Origin: Candidatus Omnitrophota bacterium
GTDB lineage: Bacteria; Omnitrophota; Gorgyraeia; JAGLLT01
DNA: 64,000 bases
Reading direction: 5' to 3'
Assembly (NCBI GenBank): GCA_030632085.1
Contig: DAOVJY010000005.1
Location: 37,476-101,475, forward strand
Part shown: piece by piece, positions 1 to 9,663 of the stretch
Position numbering within the stretch: the stretch's first letter is position 1
How the letters are laid out: each line of letters opens with the position of its first letter
The notes under the pieces: model-generated
Seen by the model: only the letters and a program-made list of their open reading frames with translations
What the model was told of the DNA's origin: nothing
Database searches by the model: none
Made by a program: the position numbers and the translations under genes

Positions 1-348
1 TAATTACAGCTACTGAACTAAGATATATAAAACGGTCGATATTCAAATTCTGCGCCAGTTCACATATATTTTGCATACCTAAAACATTAGTTTTATAAAG
101 AAGTTCCTTATTATTACCAACATAGGCAGCACAATGTATAATTACATCAATATTATGACGAAGGATTTTTGTTAGGGTATGTTTTTGGGTAATATCGGCA
201 TAAATAAATTTTACGCCTAAAGGTTCAAGCTCTCGCGCTTTTTTATCATTTCTGACCAGGCAGAATATTTTGTAATCATGTCTCTTGGCTAGTTCCCGCG
301 TTAGATATCCGCCAATAAATCCTGTAGAACCTGTTACAAGAATATTCA
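1..348 (-). CDS. NAD-dependent epimerase/dehydratase, N-terminal part (3' end runs off the window)
   Basis: Reverse-strand translation from ATG at 346-348 gives MNILVTGSTGFIGGYL (Rossmann GxxGxxG); AAGGTGA RBS upstream. Not in ORF track because truncated. Confidence 0.7.
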
Positions 349-416
349 TGAATTTTTCACCTTAAATATATTATGCGCCTATTACTTCTCTATGTCTATA
401 ATTTTTTTTAAACAAA

Positions 417-449
417 ACCCCCGCTTCTCTTTTTATAAAAAACGGGGGT
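417..449 (-). terminator. Candidate hairpin terminator downstream of the CBM-like gene
   Basis: Inverted repeat ACCCCCG (417-423) / CGGGGGT (443-449), followed on the minus strand by a T-rich tract. The 19-nt loop is long for a classical terminator. Confidence 0.4.
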
Positions 450-467
450 ATTTCTAATTAATAAATC

Positions 468-1028
468 TTATCTGGTAATTATAAGCTCGGCATCATCAAA
501 AAAGACTTTACCTGTACTGCCCCTTCCTGCTCCATCCGCGTTCCATAACAAGAGAACAAACTTGGCTAAGTCCGTTCCTTCGGGCGCTGTGATATTAATT
601 TTTACTTTTTTCCAGTCGTTTGTACCGCTTAATCTACCGGCTTCCTCGGCCTTTATAATCTCGCCTCCGCGCCAGAATTCCAACTTGAGTATTGCTTGGA
701 CTTCTACCCCATGCTTACCGGCAAGATTTTCGGTTTTTATCCATACACTGCCGCTTAATTGATCTCCCGCGACAACCCCATTAATATCCTGCGCTAAACC
801 TCCCACGATAAAAGGGCCGTTAGCATCGTTTAGGGTTGGAGCGGCGCTGAATCTCCCACCGGGAGTGTGATTTTCAAGCGTGCTGGTTTCCCCTGTAACA
901 CACCACGTAGACCAACCGCCGATATTACCACCTTCAAAGTCTCCATTAGATAGCTCATTGGCTCCTACAATGGTTATTGAAAGTAATAATATTGTAATGA
1001 CAAAGCTGATAATATACATTTTTTTCAT
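468..1028 (-). CDS. Secreted carbohydrate-binding-module-like protein (CBM4/9-type fold)
   Basis: Signal peptide; NGDFEGG...FFDDAELI pattern typical of CBM4_9-type modules; same module type opens the 2481-aa protein. Confidence 0.5.
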   Translation of the reverse strand: MKKMYIISFVITILLLSITIVGANELSNGDFEGGNIGGWSTWCVTGETSTLENHTPGGRFSAAPTLNDANGPFIVGGLAQDINGVVAGDQLSGSVWIKTENLAGKHGVEVQAILKLEFWRGGEIIKAEEAGRLSGTNDWKKVKINITAPEGTDLAKFVLLLWNADGAGRGSTGKVFFDDAELIITR

Positions 1029-1044
1029 TGTCTCTTTCTCCTTT

Positions 1045-4000
1045 CTATTCCTGACAAGAAACTATTATTTTCGCCGGAATACTTTTAATTTTTATTTTTT
1101 TTGTTTCATCAACCTTAACCGACCTGCCATTAACTTTTGCCGACAAAACATCCCCATCAAAAGGCACCACAAATATTAAATCGTTAGGACAGCTAATGTT
1201 TCCTGTGATATCGCAGGTAATTGTATAGCGGTTTTTCCTAAATATAAAAGTCATGAATTTATTAAGAGATATTTTAAGGCTATAACTGATATTGCCATAA
1301 TAAGTAGGCAGGTTTTTAACTGTTATCTGATTATCTTCAAGCCAATTATCATCAATGCCTGCCGCCAGATACAAAGTATCATCTCTTTCATAAACAAAAA
1401 GGCTTCTTATAAAATTAGCACATATCGCCCCAATCCAGGTATGCGGCATATCACCTATATATTGAGGCCTTTCTATTAAATCATGAACTACCTCTCCCCA
1501 GTGATTCCAGTTGAGCGGCCTTCTATCTCTTAAAAAATAATTCATCATAATAAGAGCTTTTTCTTTCTCGCCCAACATTAAATACGCTGTAGCTGTTCTT
1601 ATTTCATAAGGAGTATAAGCACTTTTAGCTCCTTCGGGGAGCCGAGGGAGAAGAGTATCCTTATAATATGTATCTAAGGTATACATTAAACCTATATCCA
1701 TAAGATAGCTATCTTCTTCCGCGGGCCAAACCGATATAGCAGTTGAGGTCGCGTCAAAGTCAGCTTTTTCAAAACAGCCGGGAATATTTTTTATACCTCT
1801 TTTTTCCTGAATAAGCTTAATGTTATTTATAAGATTTTTTCTTAAATCATTTTCTTCCTTCTTCATCCAGGCAATTTGATCCTCCCGGCCTAATTCTTTA
1901 GCTATATATTGTCCTTCTTTTAACCCCTTTAATGTCCAGAAATCGTCCCAGAGACTATGTTGAGCCGGAAAATAACCTTCGTGGCTGTTGGATTCAGGTA
2001 AGATGCCATAAAAATATGTATTTTCGTATTGAGGGGTTAGTCTTTGTTTTCTTAAGTTTTCAGTAAACTTAAGTGCTTTTAATACACTATCAAATTTATC
2101 TTCTAAAAATTTCTTGTCTTTTGTAAATCTGTAATATTCTGATATGGCAAAGACATAAGCCCCCTGGCCATCCCATTCCGTCCAGGTTTCAGCCCAACCG
2201 GGCATTTGGCCGTTTCTTTCTAAAATACAGGGGAGTTCTCCATCTGGCTTTTGACAGGTGCTTATCCAATCAAGATACTGCCTAACCTCATCAAAATACC
2301 CGGCCCTCAAAAGAGCGGCCGCCATTACAGCCCCATCTCTTATCCAGGAGCGTTCATAATTTCTAGCGCCGGGTTGCAGAGCAAAATCGTCTCTGTTAAT
2401 TAAAAGATAAATTATATTTGATTTAAATACATCCACAACTTCTTTTTGAGGAATATCTATAGTTATTTTACTTAATTTATTATCCCAATAGTTAATTGTT
2501 TCTGAAAGAATTTTGTTATAGTAAGTAGAAGCGTCAGCGATTTTTATGTTCTGCAGCTCGGATGTATATTTGCGGGGCATATAGAAAAATATATCCCGCG
2601 CTTTACCGGCAGCTAAATTGAATTCAAAACAAACCGCGGCTGTAGCCAATTTTTTAGCATCAAAAGTTGTTTTCTTTAAAGGAAGCTTACCTTTAGAAAT
2701 ATAATCAATTATTTCTCCGTCTTGGCTTTTAATAACCCCAGCGTTTTTAGGCTTGCTTAAAATAATCAGAGCGTCTTTGCCATCAATTCTAATTACTGCC
2801 GGGTCATTATTGATTTTACAGTCAATATTTGATATTTCGCTCATACCGCCATACTGCCAGGGGGGATTTAGCTGTACGGGCCTGATAGCTAAATAGACTT
2901 TTCCTTTTTTAGTTGACGAAGTATCGTTCTTCAGCTTATACCAGGCATAAGTAACAGGCGCACCCTTTTCGCCGTGCGCAAAGAGTGTTTGTTCTAACTT
3001 TAAACCGTTATAATCCCAAACCACAGAAGCTATGGGAAGATAGTTTTTCTTGAGCTTTTGATCAACTTTGCAATCATAAGCTGTGATTAATTTATTATCA
3101 ATATATATGAAAGGCATGATACTGAAACCGTTTTTATACGGTTCAATAGTTCCATTCTCTGAAATAAGGGACTCGTTAACATCAGCATCCACCCCAACAA
3201 CCGTCCAATATTCCTGCTTTTTATATAACCACTTAGGGAAATATCCGGGTAAAGATTCTTCAGCTAAAACTTCGTAATATTTCTGCGGAGTCGCGTGCTC
3301 GTTTTTTCCTTTTATGAAAACTTCGCATAAAGAATATCCCTTCGCGCTTGGCTTGTTACACTTAATTTTTATAAATCTCACATCAACGGGATTAATATAA
3401 ATAAGGTCTTTACCGCCGTTGGGTTTTTTGCTTTTATAAACTTGCTTCCAGTTTGTATTATCGCCGGAAACAACTATTTCATAATCAGCGGCATAGTTTT
3501 TACCCCAGTTTAATTGAAAACCTCCAACGGGCTTTACTTTTTTGAGGTCAATGGCTACCCACTGATATCCTCCTTCACTTGTCGTCCAACAGGTCGTTAT
3601 ATCCCCGTCCATAATATTTGATACCTGCGCGCTATTTCCGGATGAAACAACTACCAGAGGAACGTCTTCGGAGCTTTTTAATTTAATTTCAAATATGGAA
3701 GCTCCCCATGAAGTTGCCCTCTTTTGACAGATAATTTTTACATAGCGGGCTTCTTGGGGCTTAAAATAGATATCATCCGTTTTGCCGTCAGCTCCTTTTA
3801 TCTCAAAAACGACCTTCCAATCTTTGCCATCTAAAGAAAGAAGCACCTGATAGTCCTCACCAAAGGCGGCTTCCCAATAAATAATCACACCCGATATAAT
3901 TTTAGGTTGGTCTAATTCCAATAAAAGCCATTGCGGATCGGAAAACTCACTACTCCAACGCGTAGCCATATTGCCATCAATCGCGTTCCGGGGCCCAAAA

Positions 4001-4107
4001 TTCTCCTGGACAGAAGAAGAGGTCGCTTTAATTTCAGAAAAGGCACACAGAGGCGCCAACAAACAAGAAAAGATTATTAATGCCGTTATCGTTCTTAAAT
4101 ATCGCAT
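1045..4107 (-). CDS. Secreted F5/8-type-C (discoidin) domain protein with (alpha/alpha)6-barrel glycoside-hydrolase-like C-terminal domain
   Basis: Signal peptide; two discoidin-like repeats (NAIDGNMATRWSSEF, SNIMDGDITTCWTT); C-terminal SWIRDGA and HSLWDDFW motifs resembling GH15/GH63-type six-hairpin glycosidases. GH family not resolved. Confidence 0.6.
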   Translation of the reverse strand: MRYLRTITALIIFSCLLAPLCAFSEIKATSSSVQENFGPRNAIDGNMATRWSSEFSDPQWLLLELDQPKIISGVIIYWEAAFGEDYQVLLSLDGKDWKVVFEIKGADGKTDDIYFKPQEARYVKIICQKRATSWGASIFEIKLKSSEDVPLVVVSSGNSAQVSNIMDGDITTCWTTSEGGYQWVAIDLKKVKPVGGFQLNWGKNYAADYEIVVSGDNTNWKQVYKSKKPNGGKDLIYINPVDVRFIKIKCNKPSAKGYSLCEVFIKGKNEHATPQKYYEVLAEESLPGYFPKWLYKKQEYWTVVGVDADVNESLISENGTIEPYKNGFSIMPFIYIDNKLITAYDCKVDQKLKKNYLPIASVVWDYNGLKLEQTLFAHGEKGAPVTYAWYKLKNDTSSTKKGKVYLAIRPVQLNPPWQYGGMSEISNIDCKINNDPAVIRIDGKDALIILSKPKNAGVIKSQDGEIIDYISKGKLPLKKTTFDAKKLATAAVCFEFNLAAGKARDIFFYMPRKYTSELQNIKIADASTYYNKILSETINYWDNKLSKITIDIPQKEVVDVFKSNIIYLLINRDDFALQPGARNYERSWIRDGAVMAAALLRAGYFDEVRQYLDWISTCQKPDGELPCILERNGQMPGWAETWTEWDGQGAYVFAISEYYRFTKDKKFLEDKFDSVLKALKFTENLRKQRLTPQYENTYFYGILPESNSHEGYFPAQHSLWDDFWTLKGLKEGQYIAKELGREDQIAWMKKEENDLRKNLINNIKLIQEKRGIKNIPGCFEKADFDATSTAISVWPAEEDSYLMDIGLMYTLDTYYKDTLLPRLPEGAKSAYTPYEIRTATAYLMLGEKEKALIMMNYFLRDRRPLNWNHWGEVVHDLIERPQYIGDMPHTWIGAICANFIRSLFVYERDDTLYLAAGIDDNWLEDNQITVKNLPTYYGNISYSLKISLNKFMTFIFRKNRYTITCDITGNISCPNDLIFVVPFDGDVLSAKVNGRSVKVDETKKIKIKSIPAKIIVSCQE

Positions 4108-7100
4108 TTGTTAACTCCTTTGTTATTTATATTAACTCTTATTTCCACCGGTAGACTGTCAAAATATATGCCTTCATTTAAAAAGTCAGTATATTGTTTA
4201 CCATTAAGAATTACCTCGTAAGCTCCCGCCAAATTCAACCGGAGCTTAAGAAGGAATCCTTTGGGAGGAGTCGCGTTTCCCGCGACATGTATTTGCAAAC
4301 TTCCCCCTTTTTCCTTTATTGAATAACTTATATTTCCATAATATGTTGGAAAATCTCCAATTGATACCTCCGCTTTTTCCGTAATCCACTTCTCAGGTAT
4401 TCCGTGCCCCAAAACAAGACAACCGTCTTTTTCATAAACAAACAAACTTCTAAAAGAATTAATATATATTGAAGCTACCCAGCTATGCGGTAAATCACCG
4501 ATAAACCACGGTTTGCGATCATCGCTTAATGTCCCTTCCGCCCACTGATTCCAGGCGCGCGGCCTTTGCAAATCAAGATACTGCTCAAGCATTCGTATAG
4601 CTTTATCTCTTTGATTAAAAAGAACAAAAACTTGAGATATCCTTAACGCATATGAGGGATATGACCAATTAGACTTATTTTTTAAGGTTGGTGAAAACCG
4701 GTCCGCCCAAAATATGCCGAACGTATTCAATAATGACGCTTGCGGTAAATATTTTGACTCCTCTGTCGGCCAAACGGCAATTGCTGTTGAAGGCGCGTCA
4801 AAATCACCTCTTTCCGCGCAGCCGGGTATATAATTAATTTTATCTAATTCCTGAACTAATCTAATTGAATCATATAAACATTTTCTAAAACTTTTTATTT
4901 CTTTTTTAGCCCTCTCCGCCAGTTCATCTTCCCCTAAAATTTCAGCTATCTTCCGCGCGTCACTCCACCCCCTAAGGCCCCAAAAATCATCCCAATAACT
5001 ATGCACCCCCGGAGGGGGAAAATAACCTTCATGACTAACAGACAAAGGGAAGATGCCATAAAATCTTTTTTTATCCGCGGTTTGATATTTATCTGTCAAA
5101 TTCTTCTTTCTCAACTTCTCCATACAATCAAGAACGCGCGCTACCACAGGCAACTTGCCTCTAAGCCACTCTTCGTCCTTTGTAAAATAATAATACTGTA
5201 AAACACTAAAGATATACTGCCCCTGACTATCATACTCCTCATAAACACTTTCCCACGCGGGGTCGGGCGTGTTTTCCGCGATCATAATAGGAGGAACTTT
5301 GCCATTAGCTTTAACATAATCGCTAATCCAATCAATATACTCCCTCACCTCTTCCTTGTAACCCATTCTTAAAAGAGCGGCGGAACTTACGCAGGCATCC
5401 CGCATCCATGATTTTTCATAAGCGCCGGAGCCGGCTTGAAGCATAGGACCATCTCTATTAATAAGAATGTAAGCCAAACTGCTTCTTATTGTTTTTAGCA
5501 TCTTTTCATTCGGTATCTGAATACTTACTTTATTTAATTTTTTTCGCCAATAGCTGGTGGTTTCTTTTTCCATGGCGGCAAAATCCTCGCAAAGGTCAGC
5601 TTTTTTACATAATTTTACAAATGAAGAGTTTGCTTTTAGTAAGTCACTTGTTGTAACTTTATTATTCTTTAAAGATATAATAAATAAATACTCCTGTGCT
5701 CTTCTTTCGTCTAATACAAAATCATATTCTAACGCCCCCGAAGCATAACCAAACGCGTCTTCAACCAACTTCTGAGAATTTATTTCCCCTGTTTTTATTT
5801 TATCAACAATATCTCCTTCAATATAAGCTGAAGTATCAAATTTATCCGGAGCTTTTAGAGCAATAATTCTATCTTGTCCATTTATACTTATGATATTATT
5901 TAACCCGCGGAGATTAAGGCTTTTAATCTCTGCCATACCTCCCGCCCATTGCCAAGGCGGATTTACCTGAAACGGCCTTATAGTAAAAAATAATTTACCT
6001 TTTAATTCACGGTTGCTTTTATTTTTAAGAATGTAGCGCAGGCAGGCATAAGAATTACCGTTCCTTCGCGCGGCAAAGATTTCCTGAGAAAAAGTTAATT
6101 CCTCATTCTCCCAATTAACTCGCGGGATAGGCAGATAACCATCTTTTAGAGATTGCGTAATTGCGAAATCAGGAGAAGCCAGGAGCTTATTTTCTAAATA
6201 TATAAAAGGCATCAGAGATGGGCCGCGATTGTATATCTGAATCATGCCGTCTTCACAAATAGTGGCTTCGGCCTCGCCCCCATTAGTTCCGACAATTGTC
6301 CAATAAGCTTGACGGCCGCCTGTCCATTGAGGATAATATTTTTTCCGCGAAGGTTTTGCTTTTCTTTGATAATAACTTTGAGCATCAGCTCTTTTTTTGA
6401 GTAACTTTAAACATGAACCATTTTGAAATAATATCATCGGGCGTTCATTGATCCCTCCCGCTCCCCAAAAATCAAACACTCTGATTGTAAAATTATTTAT
6501 TTCACCGGGATTTAAATAATCTCCCAACAAACAAGCTGTTATGGTCCGGCACATACTGGTAGATTCACAAGACATGCTACCAAACGCTCCCACCCGCCGG
6601 CCATTTATAAAAAGTTCATACGCGTCATCCACGCCGCCAAACATTATGCCCGGCTCACAGCCCGCCCAATTCGCGGGAATAAAAATATCATTCTTATACC
6701 AGGCATAGCCGTCATAGTCGGCATAGCCCTGCTCATCCCAAAATTTTCCAGTTTCTATTTTCTGCCAATCGTCTACGGAATAATTGCTTGAAAACCATTT
6801 GTCTTTAACTCCGGTATTTTTTGGGTCTGTTTTAAAAAACCACTCTCCCTCTAAGGATATAATTTCCCCTGAATTAATCTTATTCAAATCACTAAAACCA
6901 ACTCCCTCGGGGCATACTTCAAAAAGCGAATACCCCCATTCGGTAGCTCTTTTTCTGAAAATAATTTTAATATACCTGACTCTGATTTGTCCAAACGAAA
7001 TTTCCTCACAGCCGCCTTTTCCAAGCGTTTGGTTATAAACAACCTTCCAGTTTTTATTATCAATAGAGACAGCAATTTCATAAGAAACGGCGTAAGCCTC

Positions 7101-7337
7101 CTGCCAATATAATAATAAACCCGTTATTTCTCTAATTTCACCAAAATCCAATAAAAGCCACTGCGGATCGGAAAACTCACTGCTCCAGCGAGTGGCCATG
7201 TTGCCATCAACCGCGTTTTGGGGGCCAAAATTCTCCTGAACAGAAGAAGAAGTAGTTTTAATTTCAGAAAAAGCACATAGAGGCGCCAATAAACAAGAAA
7301 AGATTATTAATACCGTTATCGTTTTTAAATATCGCAT
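4095..7337 (-). CDS. Paralogous secreted F5/8-type-C protein with GH2-N-like jelly-roll insert and (alpha/alpha)6 glycoside-hydrolase-like domain
   Basis: N-terminal ~65 aa nearly identical to the 1045-4107 product; extra sugar-binding-like module (GEWFFKTD...GGVDDAYELFINGRRVG); SWMRDAC and YWDDFWGLRGW motifs. Overlaps downstream paralogue by 13 nt. Confidence 0.6.
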   Translation of the reverse strand: MRYLKTITVLIIFSCLLAPLCAFSEIKTTSSSVQENFGPQNAVDGNMATRWSSEFSDPQWLLLDFGEIREITGLLLYWQEAYAVSYEIAVSIDNKNWKVVYNQTLGKGGCEEISFGQIRVRYIKIIFRKRATEWGYSLFEVCPEGVGFSDLNKINSGEIISLEGEWFFKTDPKNTGVKDKWFSSNYSVDDWQKIETGKFWDEQGYADYDGYAWYKNDIFIPANWAGCEPGIMFGGVDDAYELFINGRRVGAFGSMSCESTSMCRTITACLLGDYLNPGEINNFTIRVFDFWGAGGINERPMILFQNGSCLKLLKKRADAQSYYQRKAKPSRKKYYPQWTGGRQAYWTIVGTNGGEAEATICEDGMIQIYNRGPSLMPFIYLENKLLASPDFAITQSLKDGYLPIPRVNWENEELTFSQEIFAARRNGNSYACLRYILKNKSNRELKGKLFFTIRPFQVNPPWQWAGGMAEIKSLNLRGLNNIISINGQDRIIALKAPDKFDTSAYIEGDIVDKIKTGEINSQKLVEDAFGYASGALEYDFVLDERRAQEYLFIISLKNNKVTTSDLLKANSSFVKLCKKADLCEDFAAMEKETTSYWRKKLNKVSIQIPNEKMLKTIRSSLAYILINRDGPMLQAGSGAYEKSWMRDACVSSAALLRMGYKEEVREYIDWISDYVKANGKVPPIMIAENTPDPAWESVYEEYDSQGQYIFSVLQYYYFTKDEEWLRGKLPVVARVLDCMEKLRKKNLTDKYQTADKKRFYGIFPLSVSHEGYFPPPGVHSYWDDFWGLRGWSDARKIAEILGEDELAERAKKEIKSFRKCLYDSIRLVQELDKINYIPGCAERGDFDAPSTAIAVWPTEESKYLPQASLLNTFGIFWADRFSPTLKNKSNWSYPSYALRISQVFVLFNQRDKAIRMLEQYLDLQRPRAWNQWAEGTLSDDRKPWFIGDLPHSWVASIYINSFRSLFVYEKDGCLVLGHGIPEKWITEKAEVSIGDFPTYYGNISYSIKEKGGSLQIHVAGNATPPKGFLLKLRLNLAGAYEVILNGKQYTDFLNEGIYFDSLPVEIRVNINNKGVNKCDI

Positions 7338-7731
7338 CTACGAGTTCCTTTTTATCTATATTACACTATTTACTTGTTCTATGGCGCGAAAAATTTAAAG
7401 ACTAATAAATAATTTAATTCTTTTAAAGATAAAATAGATCCTGCGGTAATTCAAGGTTTTCCTTCTACGCCTTGCGTAAAATCAGCGCTGCTTAAAAAAT
7501 TGGCTTCAGCTGCTACCGGCCAGCCAGCGGTTAATAATAAAGTTAAAACAATTATTATAAATAAAGCTTTTTTTATTAGTCTACCTCCTTTTGTTTTTTT
7601 GTTTTTTTTTATCTATTTAATACTCTCAATAAAAGAGCCGGTTTTAGGGGGCATTAGTAGTATTTTTTCAACCTAAACCCCGTGAGGACATCTATGCAAA
7701 CGTGTGAATAACTTGTCAAAAAAACACTCCC

Positions 7732-8745
7732 CTATTTAATTGAAGATTCTCTTACAATTAATTTCGATTCGAGGGAAATGTCTTCAACGGATCGCTTTGG
7801 ATCATTAATAATTTTTAATAATAAATCAATGGCTTTCCCTCCAATATCTTGTTGCGGCAACCTTATGGTGGTAAGAGCTGGAGTAAAATATTTACCAGCT
7901 TCCAAATCATCAAAACCCACAACAGCTATATCTTCAGGTATTTTGAGGCCTCTATCCCTTATTGCATTTATGGCCGCAATTGCCATTAAATCATTAGCAC
8001 AAAAAACAGCATCAGGTTTTTCCATATTAAGACATAATATTCTCTTCATTTCTTCATAAGCCTCATTATAGAAAAAATTTCCTTCTCCAACTAGACGTTT
8101 GTCAAATTCAATATCATGTTTTTCCAATGCTTTTTTAAACCCTTCAAAACGCTCAACACCGTCAACCGACATCATTCCGCCGTTAATAACCGCAATTCTT
8201 TTTCTGCCTATATTAACCAGATGATCAACGGCTAATTCAACAGCAGAATAGTTATTAATACCAACAGCATTAACCATGCCGCTGCCGATAAATTTATTTA
8301 AAAACACAAATGGGATTTCTTCTTTTTGAAGCTCTTTGATATTGGCTGGTATTTCTTTATGATAAATAACATTATAAATTAAAACACCATCGACTAACCA
8401 ATTTTTGACTACTTCAAGATATGATCTGCTTTCTTCCAACCAGTAATCTGTAGAGAAAAGCATTAGTCCGTAATTAAGTCTGCGGCAGGTATCAGAGATG
8501 CCTTTAATAATAGGTGCAACATGGAGGTTAACATCAGGAGTAATCAAAGCAAAGGCATTAGTTTTACTTTTTACAAGGCCTCTAGCAATAAGATTTGGGC
8601 GGTAGTCTAAATCCGCCATAATTTTAAGAACTTTTTTTTTGGTCTTATCACTTATAGCAGGATTTTCGTTAATAACTCTTGAGACCGTTGAATGATTAAC
8701 GCCTGCTTTTCTGGCTATGTCTTTAATTGTGGTTCTTTTTTTCAT
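7732..8745 (-). CDS. LacI-family transcriptional regulator
   Basis: N-terminal HTH TIKDIARKAGVNHSTVSRVIN followed by periplasmic-binding-protein-like sugar-binding domain. Confidence 0.9.
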   Translation of the reverse strand: MKKRTTIKDIARKAGVNHSTVSRVINENPAISDKTKKKVLKIMADLDYRPNLIARGLVKSKTNAFALITPDVNLHVAPIIKGISDTCRRLNYGLMLFSTDYWLEESRSYLEVVKNWLVDGVLIYNVIYHKEIPANIKELQKEEIPFVFLNKFIGSGMVNAVGINNYSAVELAVDHLVNIGRKRIAVINGGMMSVDGVERFEGFKKALEKHDIEFDKRLVGEGNFFYNEAYEEMKRILCLNMEKPDAVFCANDLMAIAAINAIRDRGLKIPEDIAVVGFDDLEAGKYFTPALTTIRLPQQDIGGKAIDLLLKIINDPKRSVEDISLESKLIVRESSIK

Positions 8746-8879
8746 AATATTTACCTAAATTGGTAACGTGTGCATATATAAGATTACCAATATAAAGCGT
8801 TTATGTCAAGATAAGAAAATTGATTTTATACTGCAATAAGTTGTCGCTGCATTTTTTGGGAGGATTTTTGAGGTTGTTT

Positions 8880-9551
8880 TTAAATATTTTTAACTTTGGT
8901 CAAGATAAAACCTAAACCAATAATAAATATAATTAAAGTTGCCGGTTCAGGAATAACTCCAAAACCACCCGTTTCAGGGCTGCCAGATAGGGTTGTTAAT
9001 TCCGCGGGAAGCCCTCCTCCCGCCCCAACAGCACCCAGGCCGCCTAATAATATATCATTTAGGGCGCCTTCTATGCCGGCTTTTTCAATGTTTAAATTAA
9101 CATCAAATAGTATTTGATTGTTCTTCCAGATAGGAGAAGCAGAACCATCAATAAGAACCAACGGAGCAAGCTCTCCGCTAATTATTGCCTTAAAAGTTAT
9201 TAAATCGCCATCTTTAGCGCCTTCAATCTTTTGAGTAACGGGATCATCGCCAAATATTTGCATTTTGTATTTTTTGGATGAATCTATTGTAGATAAACCG
9301 ATACACATTTCTCTGCCGGCCGCAAAAGTAAAGGCTCCTATAACACCATGCTCTCCAATCGGAAAATTACTAATTTGTCCCTGAAAGGTCGCGCTATAAT
9401 CTGTAGGGCCGTAAGACAGAGTAAAGCCCGAAGCTGAGTTGCCGGCATCCGGGCCTAAAGAGTTAAAAAAGAGATTGGCCGCTTCTGTTTCAGCAAAGAA
9501 CAAAAGCATTAAGAAGAAAACAGCTAAAATTATAAACTTCTTGTAGCGCAT
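8880..9551 (-). CDS. PEP-CTERM sorting-domain secreted protein
   Basis: Signal peptide; C-terminus VIPEPATLIIFIIGLGFILTKVKNI = PEP motif + TM helix + basic tail. Confidence 0.6.
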   Translation of the reverse strand: MRYKKFIILAVFFLMLLFFAETEAANLFFNSLGPDAGNSASGFTLSYGPTDYSATFQGQISNFPIGEHGVIGAFTFAAGREMCIGLSTIDSSKKYKMQIFGDDPVTQKIEGAKDGDLITFKAIISGELAPLVLIDGSASPIWKNNQILFDVNLNIEKAGIEGALNDILLGGLGAVGAGGGLPAELTTLSGSPETGGFGVIPEPATLIIFIIGLGFILTKVKNI

Positions 9552-9663
9552 TTTCGCTCCTTATTGCAAGATCCTCGCGGAGCCTTCTTTTACCGATTAA
9601 TTCAGGGCAGCAAATTCATCCAATAATGTCAAATAGAAAAATTTGTTAAACGTTCGCGTTTTA

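Noticed and set aside
7440-7580. Possible small secreted peptide on the minus strand with AAGGAGG RBS (KKALFIIIVLTLLLTAGWPVAAEANF...)
   Set aside because: No canonical ATG/GTG/TTG start at the expected distance from the RBS; cannot support a CDS call.
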